Assembly (NCBI GenBank): GCA_022823865.1
Contig: JAJEHF010000140.1
Location: 5,435-69,434, forward strand
From: Bryobacterales bacterium
GTDB taxonomy: Bacteria; Acidobacteriota; Terriglobia; Bryobacterales; UBA6623
Reading direction: 5' to 3'
DNA length: 64,000 nucleotides
The notes beneath the pieces were generated by a model. That model was not told the DNA's origin, did no database searches, and saw only the letters and a list, made by a program, of their open reading frames with translations. The position numbers were made by a program, and so were the translations under genes. Numbering within the stretch: position 1 is the first letter of the stretch; every line of letters begins with the position of its first letter. Below are positions 1 to 10,180 of the stretch, one piece after another.

Positions 1-81
1 TTGCCCCCGCAAGCGCCGGGCTACAGCATTGAGATGCGGCCCGAATCGCTGGACATGTACGAGTTCCGGCCGCAGCGGTAA
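1..81 (+). CDS. 3' end of an upstream gene (partial, unnamed)
   Basis: Frame +1 is open from the window edge to TAA at 79-81 (...YSIEMRPESLDMYEFRPQR*). Third codon positions are almost all G/C, like neighbouring genes. It ends 38 nt before the DUF1501 start. It is too short to name and lacks the DEFITRE tail of the DUF1553 genes seen elsewhere in the window. Confidence 0.4.
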   Translation: MPPQAPGYSIEMRPESLDMYEFRPQR

Positions 82-119
82 TGGGGTAAGCTAGGAGCCA
101 AGCGAGGAACGCTGTCACG

Positions 120-1532
120 ATGACACCCACTGTTGCCCTGAACCGACGCGAGCTCATGAAGGTGTTGGGCGGTGGTCTCGCCAACGTCGGGCTGGCCTCG
201 GTGTTGGCCCGCGACGGCGCGCTGGGGGCCTCGGGGGGCAGCGGCGTGCCCGCGCCCCATTTCGCGCCCAAGGCGAAGAGCGTCATCTCGATCTTCTGCT
301 ACGGCGGGCCCAGCCACGTCGACACCTTCGACCCCAAGCCGGAATTGGACAAGTACGCCGGCGAGGTCATGACCGGCGTCGGCGAAGTGGTCGTCTCGCA
401 GGGCAATCCCGGAGGGCTGATGCCCTCCCCGTGGAAGTTCAAGAAGTACGGCCAGAGCGGCATCGAGGTTTCCGAGCTGTTCCCGCAGGTCGCCCAGCAT
501 GTGGACGATATCGCGGTGATCCGCTCGATGCACACCCTGTCCAACGACCACGGCCCGGCCCTGTACCAGATGAACACCGGCACCGTGCTGGCCGGCCATC
601 CCAGCGTGGGCAGCTGGCTGACCTACGGCCTGGGCTCGGAGAATCAGAACCTTCCCGGCTACGTGGTCTTCACGGATCATCGCGGCGGTCCCATCAACGG
701 CCAGCCCAACTGGGGCGCGGGCTTCATGCCGGCCGCTTTTCAGGGGACGCAGTTCCGCTCAACCGGCGATCCGATCGTCGACTTGCGACCGCCGAAGGAG
801 ATCAGCCGCGAGCGCCAGCGCAAGTGGCTTGACCTGCTGCAGGACCTCAACCGCGAGCACTTGGCCCAGAACCCGGAAGACAACGAACTCGCCGCGCGCA
901 TCCAGTCCTACGAGCTGGCCTACAACATGCAGGTGCATGCGACCGAGGCGATCGACATCTCCAAGGAGAGCGAGTCCACCCGCAAGCTGTACGGCTTGGA
1001 TGAGGAGCGCACCCGCTTCTTCGGGCGCCAGGCGCTGATGGCGCGGCGCTTGGTCGAGCGCGGCGTGCGCGTGGTGCAGCTGTATTCCGGCGGCGGCAAT
1101 CACGAGCCGACGTGGGACCAGCACTGGTCGCTGAAGCACTTCCACACCATGCATGCTGGCGAGACGGACGGCCCGATCGCGGGTTTGCTGACCGATCTCA
1201 AGCAGCGCGGGCTGCTCGATGACACGCTGGTCGTCTGGCACGGCGAGTTCGGCCGGATGCCGATCAGCCAGCGGCTGGACGGCCGCGACCACAATCCCTA
1301 CGGATTCACGGTCTGGCTGGCCGGCGGCGGCGTCAAGGGCGGCACCGTGGTGGGAGCGACGGATCAGTTCGGCTACAGGGCCGTGGAGAGCCCCAAGTCG
1401 GTCTACGACCTGCACGCCACGCTCATGCACCTGATGGGGCTGGATCACGAGCGGCTGACCTACCACCACAATGGCCGGGACATGCGCCTGACCGATGTGC
1501 ACGGCAATCTGATCAGCGAGATCTTCGCGTAG
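120..1532 (+). CDS. DUF1501 domain protein (Tat-exported, sulfatase/alkaline-phosphatase-like fold)
   Basis: 470-aa ORF with ATG preceded by GAGGAA. It has a twin-arginine signal (NRRELMKVLGG). Its body and C-terminus (...RLTDVHGNLISEIF) are colinear with the other two DUF1501 ORFs in the window (40778-42235, 49321-50754). Confidence 0.85.
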   Translation: MTPTVALNRRELMKVLGGGLANVGLASVLARDGALGASGGSGVPAPHFAPKAKSVISIFCYGGPSHVDTFDPKPELDKYAGEVMTGVGEVVVSQGNPGGLMPSPWKFKKYGQSGIEVSELFPQVAQHVDDIAVIRSMHTLSNDHGPALYQMNTGTVLAGHPSVGSWLTYGLGSENQNLPGYVVFTDHRGGPINGQPNWGAGFMPAAFQGTQFRSTGDPIVDLRPPKEISRERQRKWLDLLQDLNREHLAQNPEDNELAARIQSYELAYNMQVHATEAIDISKESESTRKLYGLDEERTRFFGRQALMARRLVERGVRVVQLYSGGGNHEPTWDQHWSLKHFHTMHAGETDGPIAGLLTDLKQRGLLDDTLVVWHGEFGRMPISQRLDGRDHNPYGFTVWLAGGGVKGGTVVGATDQFGYRAVESPKSVYDLHATLMHLMGLDHERLTYHHNGRDMRLTDVHGNLISEIFA

Positions 1533-1555
1533 CTCGTTTCGCCCCGGCCGGAAGC

Positions 1556-2329
1556 CTACTGGGCGCTGCGCTCCCGGCGTGCCTGACGGCGGCGTCGCTT
1601 CAGCTCCTTCTCGTCGATGATCGTGAGGTTGAAGTTCACCGCGACGATGGTCACGACCTCGACCACGGTCCCGTTCAAGCGGGTCGGGCGGTAGCGCCAC
1701 TGAGATACGGCGTCCATGGCCGCTGGGGCGAGCAGCGGGTGTCCGCCGATCAGTTTCAGATCGCGCACGCGGCCGTCGATGCCGATGATCGCCTCGAGCT
1801 GGACCTTCCCGGAGACGTACTGCTCGACAGCCTCGGGCGGGTAGACCGGCGGCGGCTTGTGCAGGATCCGCGCGTCTTGGATGTTGCCCCCTATGCGGAT
1901 TGGCGGAGGCAGGGCCAGATGCTGGCCTGGCGTCGGAAACATCCCGAAGACGCCTGCGGCGCTGGAATCGCCCGTGCCGCCCAGCGGTCCGCTGGGAGCG
2001 GGCATGGCCGCCAGCGGCGAGACCGGGCTGCCGATGTCGTTCAAGATCGCGACTTGGTCTGGAATGACCGACGGCGCTCGGAACTCCGTCTCGTAGCGCT
2101 GCGGGGCAGCTCGCGGGGTGGGCGCTGCCCGGGGCGGCGGCGGTGCGGGGGGCGGCGGGGGCGCGAGATAGATCGCCCGCAAGCCCCACGCCCCCAGATC
2201 GATTTCGTAGGTGTTGAGCAGCGGCAGCAGGATCATGCCGCCGAGGCCGGCCAGCTGTAGGACCACCGACCCGGCGAAGCTCCAGCCTTGGCGGGCGGGT
2301 TGGCCTGCGGTGAAGCTTTGCTCGAACAC
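1556..2329 (-). CDS. TonB-family energy transducer
   Basis: GTG start. It has an N-terminal TM helix, a proline-rich spacer (PPPPPAPPPPRAAPTPRAAP) and a TonB C-terminal domain (VYPPEAVEQYVSGKVQLEAIIGIDGRVRDLKLI...QWRYRP). Confidence 0.85.
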   Translation of the reverse strand: MFEQSFTAGQPARQGWSFAGSVVLQLAGLGGMILLPLLNTYEIDLGAWGLRAIYLAPPPPPAPPPPRAAPTPRAAPQRYETEFRAPSVIPDQVAILNDIGSPVSPLAAMPAPSGPLGGTGDSSAAGVFGMFPTPGQHLALPPPIRIGGNIQDARILHKPPPVYPPEAVEQYVSGKVQLEAIIGIDGRVRDLKLIGGHPLLAPAAMDAVSQWRYRPTRLNGTVVEVVTIVAVNFNLTIIDEKELKRRRRQARRERSAQ

Positions 2330-2400
2330 AGAATCCCTTGCTTACTCTTGGGCACGCTCCGCGCCGTTTGGTTACCGGTGCGGCGCTGCTTGCGGGACGG

Positions 2401-3189
2401 TCATGTCCCGAGCTTGCGCGCCAGATCGACGAAATCCTCGGCGCTGACGTCGAACTCGCCGTCGACGGACAGGTCGATCTGGCGATTCGGACGCTCGCGC
2501 GGGCGCGGCACGAAGGCAGTGCGCAGGCCCGCCTTGGCTGAGGCTCGCAGGTCGCCCTTGTGGGCGGCAACCATCATCACGGCGCCGGGTTCGAGCCCGA
2601 GCAAGTCGGCCGCCTTGAGGTACACCTCGCGGTCCGGCTTGTAGCGTCCGGCCAGCTCCGCGGATAGCACGGCGTCCCACGGCAGGCCGCCGTGCTTGGC
2701 CATGTTGACCAGCAGAGCGACGTTGCCGTTGGACAGGGAAGCGATGATGAAGCGGGACTTGAGCCTGGTGAGGCCCTCGACCGCGTCGGGCCAGGGGTCG
2801 AGTCGGTGCCAGACGCGGTTGAGATCGTCCTTTTCGGCCTCGTCCAAGCCCGTGATCGCGAACCGTTCCAGCAATCCGTCTAGGATCAGGCGGTGCAACT
2901 CGTCGATCGTCTTCCACTGCAGCTCGCCGGTCCGCACGCGGTTCATCGCCGGTCCGTAGCCGTCGCGCCAAGCGTCGGCGAACGCGGCCCAGTCCACTTC
3001 CAGCCCCTTGGCCCGGCCGAGCGCCCGGCCTTCGCGAATCACGGTCGAGCGCCAGTCGACCACCGTTCCGAAGACGTCGAACGCCAGGGCCTTGACCGAG
3101 TCGGGCTGGAAGGCTTGCAGCAAGGGGGCTCCGGTGGCGCAGAACATCAGCGCCCGGCGCGTGAGCGCCGGAGGGCCGCAACAGCGCAT
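2401..3189 (-). CDS. Haloacid dehalogenase type II (HAD superfamily hydrolase)
   Basis: The HAD motif I is FDVFGTVVDW. Downstream it has SNGN and a C-terminal AAHKGDL...AGLRTAFV, typical of L-2-haloacid dehalogenases. The start is ambiguous: M1 at 3189 gives an RR-containing leader, and M15 at 3147 is an alternative. Confidence 0.8.
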   Translation of the reverse strand: MRCCGPPALTRRALMFCATGAPLLQAFQPDSVKALAFDVFGTVVDWRSTVIREGRALGRAKGLEVDWAAFADAWRDGYGPAMNRVRTGELQWKTIDELHRLILDGLLERFAITGLDEAEKDDLNRVWHRLDPWPDAVEGLTRLKSRFIIASLSNGNVALLVNMAKHGGLPWDAVLSAELAGRYKPDREVYLKAADLLGLEPGAVMMVAAHKGDLRASAKAGLRTAFVPRPRERPNRQIDLSVDGEFDVSAEDFVDLARKLGT

Positions 3190-3286
3190 CGCCTTGAGTA
3201 TACGGGCAGTTGGCGGGCAACCTCAAGGGCAAGGCGAAAGCAAATCGAAGTTCGGCCAAAACGCGCTAAGCTGAGGTGAACGCCTC

Positions 3287-5212
3287 ATGGGTCGCATCCG
3301 CGTACTGACAGACAAGGTCGCCAACCAGATCGCCGCGGGCGAGGTTGTCGAGCGGCCGGCGTCGGTGTGCAAGGAATTGATCGAGAACGCACTTGACGCC
3401 GGGGCGACCCAGATCCGTGTGGAGCTGCGCGGGGGCGGTCGCAGCCTGATCAAGGTCAGCGACAACGGCTGCGGCATGCACCGCGACGATGCCCTGCTTG
3501 CCTTCGAACGGCACGCCACCAGCAAGCTGCGCACCGCCGAGGACCTGCTTTCGATCGGCACTCTCGGATTCCGCGGCGAGGCCTTGCCCTCGATTGCCAG
3601 CGTTGCCCGCGTCACCCTTTCGACGCGCGCCGAGGACGGCGATGCGGGGACTGTCGTCGAGATCAACGGCGGCACGCTGCGCAACGTGCGCGACGAGGCC
3701 CGGCCGCCCGGCACTGCCATCGCGGTGCAGAACCTGTTCTTCAACGTGCCTGCCAGGCGCAAGTTCCTCCGCACCGAGCGCACCGAGCTGTCCCACGCGC
3801 TGCGCGCGGTCACGCACTACAGCCTCGCCAATCTCGACAAGGCTTTCGATCTGCTCACCGAGCACGGCTCGCAGCTGCACGTCACTCCCGTCTCCACGCA
3901 TCGCGAGCGGGTCTACCAGATCTTCGGCGGCGAGCTGCTGGAGCAGCTCGTCCGCATCGATCCCGTCGCAGAGGGGGAGCTCGGCTTGCGACCGGATGCC
4001 GGGGAGCGGGCGTCGGGGGAGCCTCTCGGCCCGCCGCTGCGCCTCAACGGGTTCGTCTCCGAGCCCCAGCTGCATCGCTCCAACCGCAACTCCTTCTACA
4101 TCTTTGTCAACGGGCGCCTCGTCCGCGACAGCCTGGTCCAGAGGGCGATCGCCAAGGCCTACGAGAACTTGATGCCGAGCGGCGTATACCCGTTCGTGCT
4201 GCTGTTCCTTGAGATCGCTCCGGAAGAGGTGGATGTCAACGTCCACCCGGCCAAGACCGAGGTTCGGTTCCGTTCGCCCTCAAGGGTGTTCGACTTCGTG
4301 CGCGACGCGGTTCGCTCCCGGCTGATCGCCGCCAAGCCGTCCGCCGACCTGCCGCCCTCCGCCGTGATCGACCATTCCCTCGCCGGTGTGCCGGCCGCTC
4401 CGCCCCCCATGCCCGGCCCCTCAACGTTTCCGCGCGCCTTTCCCGGGGCGCGCGGCGCGGCGGCCGATACGTTGGAATTTCCGGCCCGGCCGCAGCGCCG
4501 CAGTTTCGGGCCGAGCCCGGCCTTGGAGCCGTCCGCACCGTCCCAGCCGCCGGCCGCCGGGCTGGTGCCCGAACCCGCCTCGCCGCACAGCGGCGAGCCG
4601 CTGGCCGACCTGTCGCCGAGCAACCTGGGCAAGCTCGCGGACCTGCGTTTGCTGGGCCAGCTCCTCGACAGCTTCATCGTGGCTGCCGGCGAGGATGGCG
4701 TGTGGATCATCGACCAGCACGTCGCCCACGAGCGCATCCTGTTCGAGCAGGTCCTCGCGGCCCGCTTGCACGGGCGCCCCGACGTGCAGCGGCTGCTCAC
4801 GCCCATCGTCATCACCCTGACTCCCAGCCAGTCGGCCGTGTACCAAGATCTGGCCGACGAGTTGGAAGGCAGCGGCTTCGAGATCGAACGCTTTGACGGG
4901 CGCTCGGTGGCCGTCAAGGCCGCGCCCGCCGAGCTATCGGCGAAGCAGGTGGAGACACTTCTGCGGGAGTTGCTGGACGACTCCGGCGACGGTGCCGCCT
5001 CCATGAGCCTGGGAGACCTGCGCCGCCGCATGGCCGCGACGATCGCCTGCCACGCTGCGATCAAGATCAACATGCCGCTGACCGAGGAGAAGATGCGCTG
5101 GTTGTTGGTCGAGCTGGCCAAGTCCGACTGCCCCATGGCCTGCCCTCACGGACGGCCGATCGCCCTGCGCTACGGCACGCGCGAGATCCTCAAGGCGTTC
5201 CACCGCATCTAG
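3287..5212 (+). CDS. mutL: DNA mismatch repair protein MutL
   Basis: Canonical N-terminus IRVLTDKVANQIAAGEVVERPASVCKELIENALDAGAT (GHKL ATPase). It has a Pro/Ala-rich linker and a C-terminal dimerisation domain (...CPHGRPIALRY). Confidence 0.95.
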   Translation: MGRIRVLTDKVANQIAAGEVVERPASVCKELIENALDAGATQIRVELRGGGRSLIKVSDNGCGMHRDDALLAFERHATSKLRTAEDLLSIGTLGFRGEALPSIASVARVTLSTRAEDGDAGTVVEINGGTLRNVRDEARPPGTAIAVQNLFFNVPARRKFLRTERTELSHALRAVTHYSLANLDKAFDLLTEHGSQLHVTPVSTHRERVYQIFGGELLEQLVRIDPVAEGELGLRPDAGERASGEPLGPPLRLNGFVSEPQLHRSNRNSFYIFVNGRLVRDSLVQRAIAKAYENLMPSGVYPFVLLFLEIAPEEVDVNVHPAKTEVRFRSPSRVFDFVRDAVRSRLIAAKPSADLPPSAVIDHSLAGVPAAPPPMPGPSTFPRAFPGARGAAADTLEFPARPQRRSFGPSPALEPSAPSQPPAAGLVPEPASPHSGEPLADLSPSNLGKLADLRLLGQLLDSFIVAAGEDGVWIIDQHVAHERILFEQVLAARLHGRPDVQRLLTPIVITLTPSQSAVYQDLADELEGSGFEIERFDGRSVAVKAAPAELSAKQVETLLRELLDDSGDGAASMSLGDLRRRMAATIACHAAIKINMPLTEEKMRWLLVELAKSDCPMACPHGRPIALRYGTREILKAFHRI

Positions 5213-5233
5213 GCCGGGGCGACGGGGCCAGCC

Positions 5234-6748
<1,515 letters not shown>

Positions 6749-6770
6749 AACACTCGGCTACCGCATTCGC

Positions 6771-7052
6771 TCAACGCTTGCGTGCCAGCCGCTTGGCCCG
6801 GCGGAAAGAATCGAGGCCGAACCAGACGAATACTACCGACACGACGGCCGCCACCAGCAGCCGGTCCATGCTCTCGGGCAGCCCGCGATACGCCTGGATC
6901 AATCCGAACGGACCGAACACGAAGAAGGCGGCAAAGGCCAGGAACATGAATCCCACCACTTCCAGCGCGAGTTCGCGCGCGAGCGAGATGAAACGGGGCA
7001 CCGTGCCGCGCAGGGCGTTCAATCCAGCGCTGAGCGCCTTGCCGGCATTCAT
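6771..7052 (-). CDS. Small membrane protein (hypothetical)
   Basis: The start was moved to the internal ATG at 7052 (MNAGKALS...). It has two clear hydrophobic helices (VVGFMFLAFAAFFVFGPFGLI; LLVAAVVSVVFVWFGL) and a basic tail. It ends 22 nt upstream of the mutase start on the same strand. Confidence 0.5.
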   Translation of the reverse strand: MNAGKALSAGLNALRGTVPRFISLARELALEVVGFMFLAFAAFFVFGPFGLIQAYRGLPESMDRLLVAAVVSVVFVWFGLDSFRRAKRLARKR

Positions 7053-7339
7053 ATCGAAAATGCTAGCAGTGTGGGACCTGGCATGCCGTTTCGGCACTTG
7101 GAGGTGCCGAGAAAGTCGCGGCCTGCACGAACGTCGGAGTGAGCCGTGAGATGTGCAGTACAAGGCTGCTGACGGGTGCATTTGCGATCTTGGCGGAAAG
7201 GGCAGGGAAGCCGGTTTTCGCCGAAACGGCCCGTGTCCGGCTTCGACTTGTGCCGCAAGCTGGCCTTGGCCGCCGCTGAGGCCGCAGCCCCGCGCAGGCT
7301 AAGGACTGGTCGGTTCCCTCGGCGCTGATCGCGGGCCCG

Positions 7340-9823
7340 TTAGCTCAGACGCAGCGCTTGGGACGGATTGACGCGGCCCGCCCGCAAGGCGGGAACAGCG
7401 GTCGCTATGAGCGCGGATGCCGACACGGCAAGGGCCGCGAGCGCGATGATTTGCCATTCGAAGGGGCTGACCTCGTAGAAGAACCCTGCTGCGAGCCTGC
7501 TAGCCACCACAGATGCCCCCAGTCCGACCACGATGCCGCTCGCCGTCAGCAATGCCGCGCGGCGGAAGACCATCCATCGAAGTCTGTGCTCGGATGCGCC
7601 GAGTGCCGCTAGGACTCCGATTTCCGCTGTCCTGATTCGAACCATGTAGCTGCAGACGCCGAACAGGCCCAGGCCAGACAGCAATAGCGTGACGCACGCG
7701 AAAGCACTTACCAGCTTGCCAATCATGCGCTCCAGCGCGATCGCCTCCTCCAGGTGCAGGGCGACCGTGTCGTATCCCGGCGCGATCGGCAACCCCGGAA
7801 CTTCCTCCTCAATGGCCTGACGCACGGCGGAGGCCAACGTGGCCGAGGGCATGGATGAGCGCACAGCGAGGGTTTGCAAGAATCCCTCGTAGCCCACGCT
7901 GGATTGGTAGACGAGAGCAGGAGGGTCATCGCGCGGGTTGACGTGGCGCACGTCTGCCACGACCCCCTTGATTCGCTTGTTTCCGTCGATCACAGCGCCC
8001 AGCGCGGAGGAACCGGCGAAGAACTTGTCCGCGAACGCTTGGTTCACGACCACCACGTCTCGCTCGCCCAGTCCGGGTGTGCCGCCCTGCAAGACCCTGA
8101 TGCCGAGAGTCTCGAAATAGCCCGGAGAAGACCAAACGTGTATCACGCCCGTGTCCTCGCCTTCGGCGGGAGTGTAGCCCGAGACCGAGATCGTTCTCAT
8201 CCCGTAGTTGCCGCGCAAGGGCAACGAGCCGGTGAACGATGCGGTCTCGACGCCGGGAAGGGACCGGACGCGATCTAGGATCCGCTGTCGCATGGAAGGC
8301 TGGCCCGAGGCGGGAAGGCCGCCGCCCCTTGGGTCGACGAGGATCCCGACCACGTTTTCCGCGTCCAAGCCGAAATCCGTTGCCCGCAGTTCGGCCAGTG
8401 TCTTCAATACCAAGCCGGCCGCGGTCAGAAGGACGAACGCCATGGCGCATTGCGCCGCGACGAGGAGCGCCTGTGCCCGAGTCTCGCCAATTCCGGAGGA
8501 TCCGACCGATTGACCTGCCCGAATGTGGTGCGCCAGTGTCCGGCGCGCCAGGCGTGCGGCCGGCACCAACCCGACTAGCAGCAGCGTCAGGACCCCAATT
8601 CCTGCTGCGAACGCGAGCACCGGCCATGTCAGGCTTACATCGAGTGTGTCCACCCCTCGGATCGCTCCCAGCCAGCGCACCAATACCGGGATGATCTGGA
8701 CCGCCAGCGCGCCGCCGAGCAACGTCCCGGCCGCGGCTAGCACGATGCTCTCGGCCAACAGCGTGCGCAGGATGTCGCCGCGGCTCGCCCCGAGCGCTCT
8801 CCTCAGGCCCACCTCGTCAGCCCGCTCGGAGGCACGGACCAGCAGCAGGTTGCCGAGGTTTGCGCACGCCACGAGAAGCACCAGCCCGGTGGCTGCCCAG
8901 AGCAGCCCGAGCGGCCGCTGGGCCGAGTCACGCAGCCTCGACAGGCCGCGGTCCAACGGGGTCACGGCGATCCGGACCTGGTCGAGCCGTTCCCGGCGCT
9001 CGTCCGAGATCCCATCCCCTGCTCGCTCTAGGAACACTTGCCGCAGTCGCAGGTTGACCGCCGCGCCCGCTTCGTCTAGCGACGCGCTCGGGCGAACTCG
9101 CAGCAAGACATTGAGCCAAAATGTCTCAATCGGGAAACCGGGTTCCAGCCTGGAAGGTCCCCCCGTAACGTTTTCTTGCATCGACAGGGGCACCCAGATG
9201 TCGGGGCTGGCTCCTACCACGTGACCCCGGAACGAGGGTGGTGCGATGCCAATGACGACGTACTGCCGGTCCTGCAGCCGAATGGTCGACCCGACAGCGT
9301 CGGGGTCTGAATCAAGCCGCCCGGCCCAGAACGGGTAGCTCACGACTGCCACCGGATTCCCGCCCGGCGCGGTGTCATCCTCCGGGCCGAGCATCCTGCC
9401 CAGGAACGGCCGGACGCCAAGCAGCGTGAAGTACGAGCCAGAGACCAATTGGCAAGAGGCCCTCTCCAGCTGGCTCCCGGCGACGATCCGGTCGCCTAGG
9501 TAGACAGTCTGGAAGAAGGTTGCCGCTGCCGCCACGGCTTCCAGCGCACTCGGGCTGTCTTGGCGTAACGCTTGGTATTGGTGGTAGGAAAACACCTCGG
9601 ACTGAGGCACGTCGCTGCGGCTGAAGACTCCGACAGCGCCTGGCCCGAGAATTGCCAGCTCCTGCGGGCGCTCCACGGGCAGCAGGCGCAGAAACAAGGC
9701 CTCGAACAGGCTGAATACCGCAGTGTTGGCGCCAACCCCCAAGGCAAGCGTCAGGGACGCTACTGCAAGGTAACCGGGTTTCCTCAGCAGTGACCTGAGC
9801 GCTATGCGAAGATCGGACGCCAT
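7340..9823 (-). CDS. ADOP-family duplicated ABC transporter permease (MacB/FtsX-like)
   Basis: The start was moved to ATG 9823 (MASDLRIALRSLLRKPGY..., the classic MacB-like N-terminus). There are two repeats of a MacB periplasmic domain plus FtsX 4-TM modules, with a ...RAGRVNPSQALRLS C-terminus. Confidence 0.85.
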   Translation of the reverse strand: MASDLRIALRSLLRKPGYLAVASLTLALGVGANTAVFSLFEALFLRLLPVERPQELAILGPGAVGVFSRSDVPQSEVFSYHQYQALRQDSPSALEAVAAAATFFQTVYLGDRIVAGSQLERASCQLVSGSYFTLLGVRPFLGRMLGPEDDTAPGGNPVAVVSYPFWAGRLDSDPDAVGSTIRLQDRQYVVIGIAPPSFRGHVVGASPDIWVPLSMQENVTGGPSRLEPGFPIETFWLNVLLRVRPSASLDEAGAAVNLRLRQVFLERAGDGISDERRERLDQVRIAVTPLDRGLSRLRDSAQRPLGLLWAATGLVLLVACANLGNLLLVRASERADEVGLRRALGASRGDILRTLLAESIVLAAAGTLLGGALAVQIIPVLVRWLGAIRGVDTLDVSLTWPVLAFAAGIGVLTLLLVGLVPAARLARRTLAHHIRAGQSVGSSGIGETRAQALLVAAQCAMAFVLLTAAGLVLKTLAELRATDFGLDAENVVGILVDPRGGGLPASGQPSMRQRILDRVRSLPGVETASFTGSLPLRGNYGMRTISVSGYTPAEGEDTGVIHVWSSPGYFETLGIRVLQGGTPGLGERDVVVVNQAFADKFFAGSSALGAVIDGNKRIKGVVADVRHVNPRDDPPALVYQSSVGYEGFLQTLAVRSSMPSATLASAVRQAIEEEVPGLPIAPGYDTVALHLEEAIALERMIGKLVSAFACVTLLLSGLGLFGVCSYMVRIRTAEIGVLAALGASEHRLRWMVFRRAALLTASGIVVGLGASVVASRLAAGFFYEVSPFEWQIIALAALAVSASALIATAVPALRAGRVNPSQALRLS

Positions 9824-10115
9824 GGCCGTGGGGGCTAAGCGAGGCGCGTCCAAGCGGGTCTGTTGTCCCCGTGGATGGCCTTGCCCCCTACTTTAGGTTG
9901 GACGCCTGATCGGATGCTTTGGCACATCGGGATCGGACTGTTGTTCGGATTCTAGGGATGTCTCAGCGCCGTCTCTCGGGCGAGGGGTGATGCTAGATTC
10001 GGGATCGCGTAGCGCCGTGTCGATCTCTTCCCGGACGAATCCGAAGAGCCTTCAAGGGTTGGATCGTGCTCCAAGACGCGAGGCGGTGCTGTGCCGAAGC
10101 GCGCAATTCATCCGA

Positions 10116-10170
10116 GCCCTGCGGGCGACCTGCCGCCGAGACGGAACGGCCGCGGCACCGCCCGCAGGGC
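10116..10170 (-). terminator. GC-rich stem-loop immediately downstream of the TBDR gene (putative terminator)
   Basis: There is a perfect 12-bp inverted repeat, GCCCTGCGGGCG (10116-10127) / CGCCCGCAGGGC (10159-10170). It begins 10 nt after the TAG stop at 10181-10183. The 31-nt loop can pair further. No clear U-tract follows. Confidence 0.45.
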
Positions 10171-10180
10171 GAGAGTGCCC

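Noticed and set aside
759-2570. 603-aa minus-strand ORF spanning the DUF1501 and TonB genes. Similar very long ORFs occur at 3266-4246, 10940-13264, 46372-47424, 47443-48939, 53335-55206 and elsewhere.
   Set aside because: They lie antisense to, or out of frame with, genes that have clear family motifs. Their translations are Arg/Ala/Gly/Pro-rich low-complexity strings. These are classic shadow ORFs of high-GC DNA, where stop codons are rare.
7340-9823. ABC-type permease with no adjacent ATPase gene, considered as a possibly broken operon or pseudogene.
   Set aside because: The reading frame is intact over 827 aa. ADOP-family duplicated permeases in Acidobacteriota are typically encoded without a neighbouring ATPase, so this is the normal arrangement.
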